This document shows positions 9,571-18,071 of a stretch of 64,000 bases of DNA, one piece after another. Where the stretch lies: the IMG/VR virus record IMGVR_UViG_3300032167_007646; one strand, given 5' to 3'. The position numbers and the translations under genes are program-made. Within the stretch, counting starts at the first letter, position 1; every line of letters starts with the position of its first letter. The notes under the pieces were generated by a model, which made no database searches, was not told the origin of the DNA, and saw only the letters and a list, made by a program, of their open reading frames with translations. This DNA is from a virus (lineage: Duplodnaviria > Heunggongvirae > Uroviricota > Caudoviricetes).

Positions 9571-9951
9571 TTAATGTAACAACTGCAACCTCTTTACAAA
9601 AGGTTTAGCCTCATCTCTACTCATTATCCCTAAACTAACAGCAGTTAAGCTACCCTCTGGAATTTCTGTTAAACCATTATCACGAATATAAATAAATCCT
9701 TGATTCACTAATTTTTCTAAATCTTTCTGATGACCTTGAAGAATTATTTTCTTCTGTGCGTCATAATACCATAAATGATATTTTGTAGTATCTGGCTCAA
9801 TAGCATTAGGTTTACACCATCCATCATCTCTACCAAAACTAAGATAATATTCAGAACATATAGTGCAAACGTGTCCTACTTGTGCTGCTATTTTACCTGC
9901 TGACATACCTAAATCTTTATTAACAACTATATATTGTATAAGTTCTTCCAT
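9571..9951 (-). CDS. Peptidyl-tRNA hydrolase, PTH2 family-like
   Basis: 'IVVNKDLGMSAGKIAAQVGH' matches the Pth2 N-terminal signature (vvR.DL.MgkGKiAAQcsHA). Confidence 0.6.
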   Translation of the reverse strand: MEELIQYIVVNKDLGMSAGKIAAQVGHVCTICSEYYLSFGRDDGWCKPNAIEPDTTKYHLWYYDAQKKIILQGHQKDLEKLVNQGFIYIRDNGLTEIPEGSLTAVSLGIMSRDEAKPFVKRLQLLH

Positions 9952-9966
9952 TCAAATCACCAAACC

Positions 9967-10734
9967 TTAACCTAACAGAGACAAAATTAATGGACATACC
10001 CCTGTATATACTGTTAAAAATAAAATATGTAATAATACAGACCATTTTAAACTATATCTTAAATAAAAATAAGTATAAACTAAATTCATTATACAATAAT
10101 TTACAAAAGCTCTCAAAGCAACAAGTAACCTACTATCAAAAACTGTTGTAACACTTTGTAATTGAAATGCAAACAAAAACAATACAGTAAATACTGAACC
10201 TAATATTATATATCTTTTATCTACTTTTTCTTCTTTCTTTTCTCTTACAAATGCTTTATGAAATACAACAATCATACAAGTTGCCAAACCTAATCTAAAC
10301 CAAATTTCTTCTACTATACCACTATACAATACTGTTCCAATTAGTTCAAAAGGATTAAAAGTTATAGGTATAAAATTTGGTATTTTACCATTATACACGA
10401 AAACATCCAATAAATACAATATTATAGGTACTATTATACCAATAGATAAAAATAAAATTTTACCTAACTTATCTATTTTATTTTCTTTTATACCGCAATA
10501 TTTTTTTGCCTTACTACCTAAAAAATACCCTAAAAATGTAAATATAAAACAATATATACTACTTATCGCAATTATAGTTATAATTTGAACTCCACTTTCT
10601 GAAAGAAATTGTTTTAAACTCTCTACACTTAAGCCTATAAAATCACAAGTAGAGATTATTATAGAACTTAAAATACCAAACAAACCCCACAACAGAGATT
10701 TAAACCATAATTTTTCTCTTAACTTTGACAACAA
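9967..10734 (-). CDS. CPBP-family (CAAX/Abi-like) intramembrane metalloprotease
   Basis: Polytopic membrane protein carrying the 'EEIWFRLGL' (EExxxR) motif. Confidence 0.55.
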   Translation of the reverse strand: MLSKLREKLWFKSLLWGLFGILSSIIISTCDFIGLSVESLKQFLSESGVQIITIIAISSIYCFIFTFLGYFLGSKAKKYCGIKENKIDKLGKILFLSIGIIVPIILYLLDVFVYNGKIPNFIPITFNPFELIGTVLYSGIVEEIWFRLGLATCMIVVFHKAFVREKKEEKVDKRYIILGSVFTVLFLFAFQLQSVTTVFDSRLLVALRAFVNYCIMNLVYTYFYLRYSLKWSVLLHILFLTVYTGVCPLILSLLG

Positions 10735-11039
10735 AACAAATCACAACTTTCTTTATGAATTATAGGTTTCTTTTTTGAGTTTGTATACTCTATTATTTCT
10801 TCTAATAAAGAACCCTCATTACCAATTAAATAAAGAACATCACTCGAATCCACTGAGTTCATCAAATAATGCCTAACTATATCATTATTTAACTCATTAC
10901 CTATATAAAAAGGTGCTCTCACAGTATGACCTAATGTTCTTAAATATTGAACTGTTATTCTTACTTCTTCTATTTTTACTTCTTTTCCAAACCAAACTGT
11001 AATTTTTTTACTCTTATTAGTTTTATACATCTTTCTCAC
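10719..11039 (-). CDS. Hypothetical protein (possible SLOG/nucleoside deoxyribosyltransferase-like Rossmann fold)
   Basis: 'VLYLIGNEGSLLEEIIEYTNSKKKPII' is a weak resemblance only. Confidence 0.25.
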   Translation of the reverse strand: MRKMYKTNKSKKITVWFGKEVKIEEVRITVQYLRTLGHTVRAPFYIGNELNNDIVRHYLMNSVDSSDVLYLIGNEGSLLEEIIEYTNSKKKPIIHKESCDLFCCQS

Positions 11040-11120
11040 CTCACACGACTATAGTATTTAATAATTATCAGTTATAGTCATGCACAGATGCATTTTATCT
11101 ACTATTCTACTAATTTTAAA

Positions 11121-11375
11121 TCAAAACAAAGTATACCAGTAATCAAATTTGCGTCTGTACGCACAACCATTTAATTTAAAATCATTTGACTTCCTTAATT
11201 TTCTACTGGTTTGTTTTTTGGCAAACTTTCTACACCCTGACATATAAAAAGGACATAAATAAGTTTCACCATTCTCATTTTCTTTCTCAGATAAAAAATA
11301 TGAATTACATTTTTCTAACTTTTTCAACTTTCTTCTTGTCTTTAATTTTCTCTCATATCTATTCAAGAAAATCAC
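11121..11375 (-). CDS. Small basic Cys-containing protein
   Basis: 84-aa ORF. A consensus promoter (11555-11583) with a ~170-nt leader lies upstream. Confidence 0.3.
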   Translation of the reverse strand: MIFLNRYERKLKTRRKLKKLEKCNSYFLSEKENENGETYLCPFYMSGCRKFAKKQTSRKLRKSNDFKLNGCAYRRKFDYWYTLF

Positions 11376-11554
11376 CTACCTTTCAAGATGTTGAAATAAC
11401 ATACAATACATAAAACCAAATAATAACTTATCTTCCATAAACCAATAATTATTAAATCATAAACATCGTGCTTTAATCGTGAAAAATCTGAAAAACTATA
11501 CACTTACAAACCTATATATTCCCGATGGTTTTCAACCACCACTTTCTATAAATT

Positions 11555-11583
11555 ATTATAACAAAAATTTTTCAATCTGTCAA
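11555..11583 (-). promoter_or_regulatory. Promoter TTGACA-N17-TATAAT
   Basis: Minus-strand TTGACA at 11578-11583 and TATAAT at 11555-11560. Confidence 0.55.
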
Positions 11584-11648
11584 TATATACATCAATAATT
11601 TTTTAAAATAAAATAGGACTTTCAACAAAGTCCTATTACATATTACAA

Positions 11649-12875
11649 TCAACCATCATTTTGTATATCTTCTTTATTTGTTCTTAACCAATAACCTGCT
11701 ATTGTTGAAGATAACATAGTAGTTAAAATAATGACAGTAAAAAATTCAATATTTATTATATTATGTGCAAAAGCAGTTGTGGCCAAAACAATGCCAGGGC
11801 CACCACGAGCATTCATAGTTATACCTAAACCAAATATTGTTTTTTTCTTTAATTTAGTAAACCACATAGTACCAACCGTGCCTACAAACTCAAGACCAAA
11901 TGCTATTGTAAAGAAAATTATAAATCTAATTAAAGAGAAATTATTTACAACATCTAATTGAATACCTACCAAAGCAAAATAAATAGGAACAAATAAACAC
12001 ATGGAAAACTCTTTTATTTTTTCTATGTCTTTACTATCTTGTGATACGAGTGCTTTCATAATATAACCTGCTATAAATGAAGAATACATTAAATTAATAT
12101 TTATTAGAGATAAGAAATATACAACAATAAACAAAACAAGAAAACTCACAGATAACACATTACTTTTTAATTGAATATTTCTCTTTTTCAAAAATATCTC
12201 TAATAACTTTGCTATAAATAATAATCCAATAGTTAAAGCAGTAGTTATTAAAAATGTTTTTAATTTAAATTCTCCTGTTTCTACAAGACTTATAGATAAA
12301 TTTAACAAAATCCAAAGACATAAATCTTGTAAAGTGGAAACAGTTAAAACCATATTTGAAAATTTTGTATTCATCATACCAATATCAAAGAATATCTTAG
12401 ATATTACAGGTATAGATGTTATAGCCGCACATATTAAAAATACAAAAGCAAATGCTAATTCATTATTTGCACTACCTATAAAATAACTTTCAAACATATT
12501 TATAAAAGGAATACCTAATGTCATAGGTATAACAGTTGCACCAAAAAATAACAAACCATAATTCAAAGCATTACCTTTATTTATTGAAATATTTGTATTA
12601 AAACCAGAAGAAAACATTAAAAATACCAAACCTAACTGATAAAAAATATTTAATACTTTTTCTTCTTCTGCAAAAGCCTTAAAAACAGAATTAAAAAACT
12701 CTGGAAATAATAAACCTACAAAACTACCACCTATTATCATCCCACCTACTATTTCTCCAACAACCTTTGGCGCTTTTATTTTTTCAAACAACTTACCACC
12801 TATAAATGAAGAAATTAATAATAAAAACAATGCAAAAAATGTTATACTTATTTCACTTGTACTTAAAGTTACCAT
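11649..12875 (-). CDS. Cation:proton antiporter (CPA2/NapA-KefB-like)
   Basis: 408-aa polytopic membrane protein with the glycine-rich helices typical of Na+/H+ exchangers. Confidence 0.7.
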   Translation of the reverse strand: MVTLSTSEISITFFALFLLLISSFIGGKLFEKIKAPKVVGEIVGGMIIGGSFVGLLFPEFFNSVFKAFAEEEKVLNIFYQLGLVFLMFSSGFNTNISINKGNALNYGLLFFGATVIPMTLGIPFINMFESYFIGSANNELAFAFVFLICAAITSIPVISKIFFDIGMMNTKFSNMVLTVSTLQDLCLWILLNLSISLVETGEFKLKTFLITTALTIGLLFIAKLLEIFLKKRNIQLKSNVLSVSFLVLFIVVYFLSLININLMYSSFIAGYIMKALVSQDSKDIEKIKEFSMCLFVPIYFALVGIQLDVVNNFSLIRFIIFFTIAFGLEFVGTVGTMWFTKLKKKTIFGLGITMNARGGPGIVLATTAFAHNIINIEFFTVIILTTMLSSTIAGYWLRTNKEDIQNDG

Positions 12876-12891
12876 ATAAACATCTCTCCTA

Positions 12892-14115
12892 TTATTTGAT
12901 ACCTACATATCCTGACTCATTTATTATTTTTTGACCTTCTTCACTCAAAATCCAATCTAATAACTTTTGTACATTTTCATTTGGATTATCTTTATATGTT
13001 ACAGCATATATAGGAGTTAAAATGGGGTAACTACCATTTCGTACATTTTCTGCATTAGGTTTAACACCATCAATACTCAACATCTTTATTTCTGGATTTT
13101 TTATAATACCCTCTACATAATATCTAAATGAAAAACCCAATGAATTTGATTGACTATGATAACTTGAAACTTCTTCAATTATACCACCCATTAACATATT
13201 TATCCTTTCAATAGGTGGTTGCATTAAAGGTATATCACCCATAAATCTTTTTAACATACTTTGACTACCACTACCCTCATTTCTTTGATAAGCAGCTATC
13301 TCTATATCTTTACCACCAACTTGTTTCCAATTTGTTATTTCACCTGAATAAATATTCTGAATTTGCTCTGTTGTTAAATTACTTACTGGATTATCTATAT
13401 GAGTTATAAATACAAATGCCTCTGTACCTATTTGAGTAAACTCAAATTCTGTACCACAAGATTCAGCATAAGCAATTTGTTCTTTTGAAGGGTAAACACC
13501 TATAAAAATATCAGAACGCTTTTCTGCCAATGCCTTATAACCATCTGGTGTATTTCTATATTCAAATTCTGTATCCTCTGAGTCTCCTAAAACAAGTTCT
13601 GTTGACTCTGGATAAGTTGCATTTACAAAAGCAGAATATGTAGGAAATAATGCTGCTGCACCATCTATTCTTGGTAATTCTTCATCTTCATCAAAAATCA
13701 ATGTTTCACTTCTATATTTTACTATCTTTGAATTACTATTAAAAGGTAAATATTCATCTATATTTATATTAGGTGTCATATTTATTTCTGAAGCCTCAAA
13801 TGATTTTATATTATATATTTTTACACAAGGTATACTTACTGATATTACAGTATAAATTAAGCATAATATTAAAGATATAAGTCTCTTTTTACCCTTAAAC
13901 CATATTACAAAAATAAATAAAGGTAAAATTAAGGAACAACTCAACAAACTCAATAACATTACAAAATCTGAACTATACATATCAGGATAATCAAAAAAGA
14001 TTGTAAGACCTAAAACAACAAAAACAACAAAACCTAAACTACACAACAATAAAGATAATAAAATCTTACCAAAAATAATTAAACCTTTTTTTGTTGACTC
14101 ATTCATAAAAAACAC
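12892..14115 (-). CDS. Membrane-anchored PstS-like substrate-binding protein (PBP superfamily)
   Basis: N-terminal TM helices. C-terminal 'AAALFPTYSAF', 'QRNEGSGSQ' and 'GFSFRYY' match the phosphate-binding PstS-like fold. Confidence 0.5.
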   Translation of the reverse strand: MFFMNESTKKGLIIFGKILLSLLLCSLGFVVFVVLGLTIFFDYPDMYSSDFVMLLSLLSCSLILPLFIFVIWFKGKKRLISLILCLIYTVISVSIPCVKIYNIKSFEASEINMTPNINIDEYLPFNSNSKIVKYRSETLIFDEDEELPRIDGAAALFPTYSAFVNATYPESTELVLGDSEDTEFEYRNTPDGYKALAEKRSDIFIGVYPSKEQIAYAESCGTEFEFTQIGTEAFVFITHIDNPVSNLTTEQIQNIYSGEITNWKQVGGKDIEIAAYQRNEGSGSQSMLKRFMGDIPLMQPPIERINMLMGGIIEEVSSYHSQSNSLGFSFRYYVEGIIKNPEIKMLSIDGVKPNAENVRNGSYPILTPIYAVTYKDNPNENVQKLLDWILSEEGQKIINESGYVGIK

Positions 14116-14119
14116 ATCC

Positions 14120-14938
14120 TTAAATATGACAATCTACAATTGTCACTAAATAATTATTTTCTTTTGCCATTTCTACAAACTTTACATAATTATCATACCA
14201 ATCTTTTTCTTCTTCATCAGAAGCGTGACTGACTCCCCACCAACCCATTTCACCAGGTTCATGCCACTCACCATCTGGAGTTAATACAGCATAAGTAGAA
14301 AAAGCAGTAGATACTTCTATATATCTTTCTTTTGAGCCATATTTTTTCAAAAAAGATTCTTTTTTATAATATTTAGAAGTAAAATCTTCATCATCATTTT
14401 CAGGTTTTACACCCTCTACTACTAAATCCCAAACTCTACCATAATAATCACTATCTTCTTTTGAAGGACTAAAATCTATTTCATCAGCATAAGCACTATC
14501 TGTTGTTCCACCATCTTTTAATTTAAGTGAACCACTCCAACGACCACCCTCTACATACCAATCCCATTTTGATTTTGGATTATATGTAGAAAGAATACCA
14601 CCTGTTTCATCTATACTTTCAGGTTCATACCAACTAATTGCTTCTTTATAAATAACTTCATCATCATCTATATTTTCAAGTAATTTAGGAAAATCTTCTG
14701 AAATATATTTAATATGCCCTTCATTCTTATTTTTCAACTTATACTCCATAGGATTTTTAAGATACTCTGCATAAAGACCATCTCTATATCTTAATAAATC
14801 TGCTCTTTTATTCTCTATTAACTGTTGTTTTGAATATCTTTGATATTCTGGTACTTCAATAGATTCATCAAAAGGTGCTAATAATTCCTCAACACAAGTA
14901 TCTTCATCTGATAAAACCATCACACTATAATGACTCAT
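14120..14938 (-). CDS. Acidic hypothetical protein ('WDWYVEGGRW' motif)
   Basis: 272-aa ORF rich in D/E/W/Y. Confidence 0.4.
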   Translation of the reverse strand: MSHYSVMVLSDEDTCVEELLAPFDESIEVPEYQRYSKQQLIENKRADLLRYRDGLYAEYLKNPMEYKLKNKNEGHIKYISEDFPKLLENIDDDEVIYKEAISWYEPESIDETGGILSTYNPKSKWDWYVEGGRWSGSLKLKDGGTTDSAYADEIDFSPSKEDSDYYGRVWDLVVEGVKPENDDEDFTSKYYKKESFLKKYGSKERYIEVSTAFSTYAVLTPDGEWHEPGEMGWWGVSHASDEEEKDWYDNYVKFVEMAKENNYLVTIVDCHI

Positions 14939-14962
14939 AATATATTCCTCACTCTCTATATT

Positions 14963-15202
14963 TTAATTTCTATTCATAAATACTACTTGTTCTCTTATTA
15001 AAGTAGAACACTCATCAATATGCTCACATAAAGAACAATGACTAAAACATTCTTTAAATTTCATTGTTTTAATTAACTCATAACAACGAGAATTATCTTT
15101 AATAGGACCCCATAAGTTTTTACATTGACTATCTTTACAATCAAAACAATCCTTTATTGAATTTTTATCACAAACATTATTCATCAGCCAACACCCTCTC
15201 AC
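14963..15202 (-). CDS. Small Cys-rich protein (possible zinc-binding)
   Basis: 79-aa ORF with about 12 Cys. Confidence 0.3.
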   Translation of the reverse strand: MRGCWLMNNVCDKNSIKDCFDCKDSQCKNLWGPIKDNSRCYELIKTMKFKECFSHCSLCEHIDECSTLIREQVVFMNRN

Positions 15203-16922
15203 ATACTTTTTTTATTACAGGTACTACCACAGTATTACCCAATAAATCCATACCCTTATTATAATCTATATCTAATTTATAATCATCAGGATAACCGTCT
15301 AAACGTAATCCTTCTCTTAAAGTTAATTTACGAATACCTTTACCGTCTATAACACCTGTTTTATGAACATCAGTTGCTACAAGAGTTAAAGAAGGTTTAT
15401 TAGGGTCTAATATCTTTGTAAACTCATAACTTAATCTACCGCCATTTATATCATACAAAGTATTAGGATATGTGTCTAATTTTACTTCTTTAAGATAATT
15501 ACAACTTAACAAATACTCAATGTCTTTATCTAAATCTTCACCCTCATAAATCAATTTAAGTTCTTCTTTATCCAACCCTAAACCATCTTTCAAAGGCTGA
15601 CCTTTTTTCTTTGCTAAATCACTTCTTCTTCGTTCTGTAACTAACTTTTCCATTAACTTTTGCTGACTTTCTGTAGTAACACCTCTCAAACCTAAAGTCC
15701 AACTATGTATATTATTACTACTTCCCCTTTTATCTCTAATTGCTTTATCATATAAATAATCTACGGATAAATTATTTTTATCTAAATAATCAAACAACTT
15801 TATAGAAAAGTCACTATTTACACAAGGCTTACCAACCTCTTGAACATCTCCAAACTTACAATCTACCTTTTCAAAATCATCTAAACTAATATATCTATCT
15901 TTACAACCAACAATATAAATTCTTCTTCTTAATTGTGGTACACCAAAATCACTTGCTTGTAATACTTTCCAAGTAACTTTATACCCTAATTCTTCAAGTA
16001 CATATAATATTGTTTCTAATGTTTTTCCAATTGTTTTACCTAATTTTTTATCTTCTTTACTTAAATCATGAATAACAAGATTTTCCACATTTTCTAACAA
16101 GAAATATTTAGGACTTTTTTCTTTTAATATACGAGCCACTTCAAAGAAAAGAGTTCCACGAGTATCTTCAAAACCTGCCCTTTTACCTGCTGCACTAAAA
16201 GGCTGACAATTATGTACTATTATATCATTTGCTGTATAAGAATTATCTTCTTTTACACATAGATTATAAACTTTTGTTCTCCTACTTACTGTCTTAAATT
16301 TACCTCTAACTCTAACCCAAAAATATTTATTATCTTGACTATATACCTTATCTAAATATTTTTCAGTCTTTTGTATTAACTCAATAGGTATACCTACAAG
16401 CATACCCTTCTTCAACTCTCCAGCTTTTACCCATTCTGGTTCTTGCTTTTCTTTACTTTCCAAAACTTCTGGTAAAGGTGTAGTTATGGTATAAAATGGA
16501 TGATTTTCAGTAGTTCCTATCAAAATATTATTTTCCAAACTAATATTATAATAACTATCTACTGATTGTTCCATAATTTCTTCTACTTCTTTATATGTAT
16601 TTGTATGAGTTAATACTTTATCTCCTACCTTAACATCTCTTATTTTCTTATATCCTATTTCTGTAAATACAAGAGTTTCACCTATAAAACAAGGAAAACC
16701 TGCCAAAAGCATATCAAAATTAGGAATATCTTTTCCTTCTATTTTTGTAATATCTCCAACAATATTATCTTCACCAAAATTATCTTTATAAACTTTTAAC
16801 GCATGTGGTTTTATTTCAGAAGTAAGAACACACTCACCTTTTATACCCTTATCTTTTAATGCTTGTTCTAAACCAAGTCTTATTCCACCCATACCTGCAA
16901 ATAAATCTATATACTTAAACAC
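15177..16922 (-). CDS. DNA (cytosine-5)-methyltransferase interrupted by a 161-aa mini-intein at the catalytic Pro-Cys motif
   Basis: Motif I 'FAGMGGIRLG'. Motif IV is split: 'GFP' | intein | 'CQPFSAAGKR'. ENV motif 'LLENVENL'. Full C5-MTase C-terminal half. Confidence 0.85.
   Translation of the reverse strand: MFKYIDLFAGMGGIRLGLEQALKDKGIKGECVLTSEIKPHALKVYKDNFGEDNIVGDITKIEGKDIPNFDMLLAGFPCFIGETLVFTEIGYKKIRDVKVGDKVLTHTNTYKEVEEIMEQSVDSYYNISLENNILIGTTENHPFYTITTPLPEVLESKEKQEPEWVKAGELKKGMLVGIPIELIQKTEKYLDKVYSQDNKYFWVRVRGKFKTVSRRTKVYNLCVKEDNSYTANDIIVHNCQPFSAAGKRAGFEDTRGTLFFEVARILKEKSPKYFLLENVENLVIHDLSKEDKKLGKTIGKTLETILYVLEELGYKVTWKVLQASDFGVPQLRRRIYIVGCKDRYISLDDFEKVDCKFGDVQEVGKPCVNSDFSIKLFDYLDKNNLSVDYLYDKAIRDKRGSSNNIHSWTLGLRGVTTESQQKLMEKLVTERRRSDLAKKKGQPLKDGLGLDKEELKLIYEGEDLDKDIEYLLSCNYLKEVKLDTYPNTLYDINGGRLSYEFTKILDPNKPSLTLVATDVHKTGVIDGKGIRKLTLREGLRLDGYPDDYKLDIDYNKGMDLLGNTVVVPVIKKVCERVLADE
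16209..16691 (-). mobile_element. Mini-intein within the C5-MTase (residues 78-238); no obvious homing-endonuclease domain
   Basis: Block A 'CFIGETLVFTEIG...I'. Block B 'TENHPFYT'. Blocks F/G 'VYNLCVKEDNSYTANDIIVHN'. The next residue is Cys (+1). Confidence 0.8.
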
Positions 16923-16937
16923 CTTATCACCACCATA

Positions 16938-17462
16938 TTAAAAATGAATTGCTAATTCTGTTATATAATAATTCCAATCAAATGTAACTAATAATCCAAA
17001 CAATAAAAATATAGCTAAAAATTTAAAAAACAAAGCTGAATTTTCTTTTACAATAGGTTTTACATCAGTAAAACACCAAGTTATAATATATGATGCTACA
17101 AATGGAAAACCTATACCATAAATTATATATCTAATAATAACAAAGCTATCCAGTAAACCCTTTAATATATCACTAACTAACTCAAAACCAAAAGTTAATA
17201 TACACATAGATAACCCAAGTGCTATTATACTACAAAATAAATGGAAATATTTTTCTATAAAACCTACGGGTTCAAATGTTTCTGTTTCATTTTCTCCATC
17301 TGTTGTAAAGTAATTATAACAAATACCTATTACACATAATAAAGTTACAATTATAATAGGAGATAAATCAATATTCCACATCAAAAGTAATATTTCAGAA
17401 CTTAATACCATATACATAAAATATTGTAATTTTGTTAAAATTCTAAAAAGCTTTGCTAACAT
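16938..17462 (-). CDS. Membrane protein (about 5 TM helices)
   Basis: Hydrophobic 174-aa ORF. Confidence 0.4.
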   Translation of the reverse strand: MLAKLFRILTKLQYFMYMVLSSEILLLMWNIDLSPIIIVTLLCVIGICYNYFTTDGENETETFEPVGFIEKYFHLFCSIIALGLSMCILTFGFELVSDILKGLLDSFVIIRYIIYGIGFPFVASYIITWCFTDVKPIVKENSALFFKFLAIFLLFGLLVTFDWNYYITELAIHF

Positions 17463-17479
17463 AATTTACCCCCATAAAA

Positions 17480-18064
17480 TCATATTTTATTTATCCACAA
17501 ATAACCAAACATTTGAGTTCTCGCTGCCATAGGTACGCCACTTTTTAACAAATCAGAAAACTCATTTTTACTTACCCAGACTGACTCTATTTCTTCATCT
17601 ATACCTGCATTTGAACTATCTATTTCACCTTTAACAGTACAGAAAATACACACTGTTTTCTCATTTGTTAAACCTACTGCACTAAAACAAGGTGGTAAAA
17701 CATCTATAATTTCTACCAAATCTAACCCTGTTTCTTCTTTTATTTCACGACGGGCTGCTTCTTCAATACTTTCACCTTTTTCTATAAAACCTGCTACTGT
17801 ATTGTAAGTAAGAGTATTTACAGCTAATCTATATTCTTTATTCAATACAACTCTTTCTCTATCTTCACTTAAAGGTATTATTACTACTGAACGAGGATTT
17901 GAATCAGATAACAAATCCTTATTTTCCATAGATAAATCCTTTGTAGGACAAACCATTTCATATATTTTCTCTGAACCATCTTTATTATCATAAATTAAAT
18001 TATAAAATGACAAATAATTGCCCTCTGATTTTTTAATAATATCTCTTAAATGCAAGATAATCAC
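17480..18064 (-). CDS. NUDIX hydrolase (ADP-ribose pyrophosphatase-like)
   Basis: Nudix box 'GFIEKGESIEEAARREIKEETGL' fits GX5EX7REUXEEXGU. Confidence 0.75.
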   Translation of the reverse strand: MIILHLRDIIKKSEGNYLSFYNLIYDNKDGSEKIYEMVCPTKDLSMENKDLLSDSNPRSVVIIPLSEDRERVVLNKEYRLAVNTLTYNTVAGFIEKGESIEEAARREIKEETGLDLVEIIDVLPPCFSAVGLTNEKTVCIFCTVKGEIDSSNAGIDEEIESVWVSKNEFSDLLKSGVPMAARTQMFGYLWINKI

Positions 18065-18071
18065 CCCAAAA

